From IMG/VR virus record IMGVR_UViG_3300032272_000012, positions 1-58,819 of that record: a stretch of DNA of 58,819 nucleotides; one strand, written 5' to 3'. Shown here one piece after another: positions 56,551-58,819 of this stretch (within the stretch, counting starts at the first letter, position 1; the number at the start of each line of letters is the position of its first letter). The position numbers and the translations under genes were made by a program. The stretch is from a virus (Duplodnaviria > Caudoviricetes). The notes under the pieces were generated by a model. The model did not search any database. It had not been told where the DNA came from and saw nothing but the letters and a program-made list of their open reading frames with translations.

Positions 56551-57267
56551 ATGTTAAAAGAAGGTTTAGAATTTCTATTAAGTCAATACAAAAGACCACA
56601 AGCAATGAAAATAAATGGTAGACACTTCATGGTCCAACCTGACGGTGACTATGATAAGCTTTTTAGTGACCAACTAGAAACGCAGTATTTTTCAACATTA
56701 GACGGTATTATTGCCTATACTAAAATGCTTTCAGAAATAATCGACGCGCCATTATATATGAAAGTGAAAGATAATAAAAGAGTTTCGTTACACTTTCAAG
56801 AACACAATGCAGATGCAGAAATTGAAACACTAGCAGTATCAGAGTGCCATGATTACATTTGTGATATTAAACATCTTAAAAATATGGACAGCGAAGAGTT
56901 TATCGTTGCGCTACTCTCTAAGTTTAAATGTACGCCTATGAGAGATACATTGATGCAAGTTGCAGCTTCTGTTAAAAAAGAAGATGAATTTAAAAAATCT
57001 GATGACGGCGTAAGTCAAAGCACTGTTGTCGGTCATGCAATTAAATCAGAAGTTGAGATCAAAAACCCAACAGATTTACGGCCAATATTAACATTTCCAG
57101 AAGTTGAGCAACCGATTATACCGTTTATATTTAGAATAAGCGATAGTATTACGTATAGTTTAATTACTGGTGATACATCACAAGCATTATTTAGATCCCT
57201 CGGTGTTGTTCAAAGTTATTTGATTGAAAACTTAAAAGATATAAAAGACATCAAAGTATTTATTTAG
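56551..57267 (+). CDS. Conserved phage protein (DUF2303-like)
   Basis: TLDGI..DDGVSQ..LRP..TFPEVEQP..FRI. Confidence 0.65.
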   Translation: MLKEGLEFLLSQYKRPQAMKINGRHFMVQPDGDYDKLFSDQLETQYFSTLDGIIAYTKMLSEIIDAPLYMKVKDNKRVSLHFQEHNADAEIETLAVSECHDYICDIKHLKNMDSEEFIVALLSKFKCTPMRDTLMQVAASVKKEDEFKKSDDGVSQSTVVGHAIKSEVEIKNPTDLRPILTFPEVEQPIIPFIFRISDSITYSLITGDTSQALFRSLGVVQSYLIENLKDIKDIKVFI

Positions 57268-57292
57268 TTCATTATTTTGTAATTGCAACATG

Positions 57293-57327
57293 GCAACCCT
57301 TTCAATATCGAGAGGGTTGTTTTTTTT
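57293..57327 (+). terminator. Rho-independent terminator
   Basis: GCAACCCTTTC/GAGAGGGTTGT plus T tract. Confidence 0.8.
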
Positions 57328-57396
57328 GTTGCTTATTTAATGATACAACTTTACTATACAACAAAAGTACAACCTTGTTTTTATGAGATGATTTAA

Positions 57397-57615
57397 ATGG
57401 CAAAGAAAAAAGTTAAAAAGAAAATTCTAAAAAATAAATTATTAAAAGACCCAATCAAACTAGGAAGACCGCACTTAGATGCCAAAGAAAAAACAGTTAG
57501 ACTAGGCGTGTGCTTACCTGAAAGCGTTGCTAATCAACTTAAAAAAGATGGTGAAAAGTATGGAGGCTATGGTGTTATCATTAGGCAAGCGATAATGATG
57601 ATGTATGATGTTTGA
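57397..57615 (+). CDS. Ribbon-helix-helix-like regulator
   Basis: GRP..VRLGVCLPESVANQL..IIRQAI. Confidence 0.6.
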   Translation: MAKKKVKKKILKNKLLKDPIKLGRPHLDAKEKTVRLGVCLPESVANQLKKDGEKYGGYGVIIRQAIMMMYDV

Positions 57616-57620
57616 AAAAC

Positions 57621-57652
57621 AAAAACCCCTCGATTCATATCAAGGGGTTTTT
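57621..57652. terminator. Bidirectional terminator between convergent genes
   Basis: AAAAACCCCT..AGGGGTTTTT. Confidence 0.8.
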
Positions 57653-57655
57653 ACC

Positions 57656-57712
57656 AGAAAATAATCATATCACTATCTTTGGAACAGGAGTAGATAGAAA
57701 ATAATCATATCA
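57656..57712. repeat. 17-bp direct repeat AGAAAATAATCATATCA, two copies
   Basis: Copies at 57656-57672 and 57696-57712. Confidence 0.85.
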
Positions 57713-58393
57713 TCAATAAGGTTTTTTACCAACCCAATTACCAGCTGGCTCATAATTACAAACAACAACGACCTGAGTGCCAGCATCACAACGCCTAAGT
57801 GAACATCCTACACGTTCAGTATCAGCCCAAACAATTTGTGTGTAATGACCACATACTTTGCCATCAGCACATTTATTAGTTTCATAGTTGTAGTCCCCTA
57901 CTTCTTCACCCCAAGCATCTACGGCTTTTGTTGGATTAGACATTTTATAATTAGAGTGCCAGTAAATGTTTTCACCAACGCCTTGGCCACGTCTTGGGTT
58001 GTGCATCATTTTACAGAAGTAATCATCAATCAAAATTTTAGACCAATCAGTAGCAATCTTTTCCAACTCAGAAGAGTATTTGAGTGGATGAATGCCAACA
58101 GATTTTCTCCAATCGTTGTGAGCATCTAAAAATTCTTTTTGCAATTCAGTTAGAGTTTGATCTTGTGGTTCTGGCTCTGAAGGTTTTTGATGATCGATAC
58201 AATCAGGGCTATCACAAATTTCTACCGTGTCTATTTCAGGTATTGGGTCGGGTGACAAAATCGGATCTGTTCGAGTGGAACAATTATCTGTTTCGCATAG
58301 ATCAGTATCCTTGATTTTTTCCTTAATTGTTTGGCAACCTGTGCATCCCATAATCCATATGAAGCAAACCGACAGTGTGAATAAATTTAGCAT
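57713..58393 (-). CDS. CAP/SCP (PR-1-like) domain lipoprotein
   Basis: Lipobox-like Cys. FLDAHNDWR, GENI, GHYTQIVW, VCNYEPAGN. Confidence 0.92.
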   Translation of the reverse strand: MLNLFTLSVCFIWIMGCTGCQTIKEKIKDTDLCETDNCSTRTDPILSPDPIPEIDTVEICDSPDCIDHQKPSEPEPQDQTLTELQKEFLDAHNDWRKSVGIHPLKYSSELEKIATDWSKILIDDYFCKMMHNPRRGQGVGENIYWHSNYKMSNPTKAVDAWGEEVGDYNYETNKCADGKVCGHYTQIVWADTERVGCSLRRCDAGTQVVVVCNYEPAGNWVGKKPY

Positions 58394-58692
58394 GTGAAAA
58401 CCCCTTTTGGTTAAACTAAAGTCAAAAAAACTATTGTTAGTATAATGTGCAAAATTGCAGCTAATTCATATTTTAACATAAAAGTAAAGAAGCATCGCAT
58501 ACCAAATTAATGATTAAATTGGGGTGTCAGTGTTCCTTGACTGCGACCAACTCATCGAAAAATCCGAATAGTTAGTAATTAAGCAAAATGTAGTAGCTAC
58601 GAATTAAGCATAACGAAATTCTTGTTTACAATTTTGATTGGATGGGCTTACTATGTTTTTAGAAAATAAAAAAACCAAGAAGGATTCGTGGT

Positions 58693-58819
58693 CACTAACT
58701 TGGTTTTATAGATACACATCTATTTGATGAGCTTTCACCCAAGGCTGGGCTTTCATTATTTAAGCCCACCTTGTGCGAAAAATCAATTCAAATTTATTTT
58801 CTACTGTAATTTTAGTTAA
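58693..58819. repeat. Terminal direct repeat, right copy
   Basis: Identical to 1-127. Confidence 0.95.

Noticed and set aside
57656-57712. Mini-CRISPR array
   Set aside because: Only two 17-bp repeats with a 23-bp gap, too short and non-palindromic.

Overview
This window looks like a complete, AT-rich tailed dsDNA phage genome of about 58.7 kb. Bases 1-127 recur at 58693-58819, consistent with a circular assembly overlap. The tail is contractile (myovirus-type). Gene order: replication initiator with an internal 12-bp iteron-like array, helicase loader and Rnl2-like RNA ligase; about 20 kb of small accessory ORFs interrupted by terS, ParB-N and a C5 methyltransferase; terL and head genes; sheath, tube, tape measure, baseplate and a beta-propeller fibre; lipoprotein cargo and endolysin; recombination genes (Gp157-like, RecT, RusA). 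No integrase, tRNA or CRISPR array was recognised. The most unusual elements are: (1) two paralogous leader+(Ser-X)n peptide genes built from TCA-NGG hexamers, which bracket recT and are coupled to a small beta-rich protein; (2) an intact but degenerate, ATPase-only copy of TerL directly behind terL; (3) a catalytically dead DNA-ligase domain fused to the prohead protease; (4) a dispersed family of Cys-rich mini-genes sharing an IK(K/E)AKCC leader; (5) a Tad1/Acb2-like sponge pair plus an alarmone hydrolase and MazG; (6) a candidate sRNA complementary to late-gene ribosome-binding sites. All family calls come from motif recognition by eye; no database search was run.
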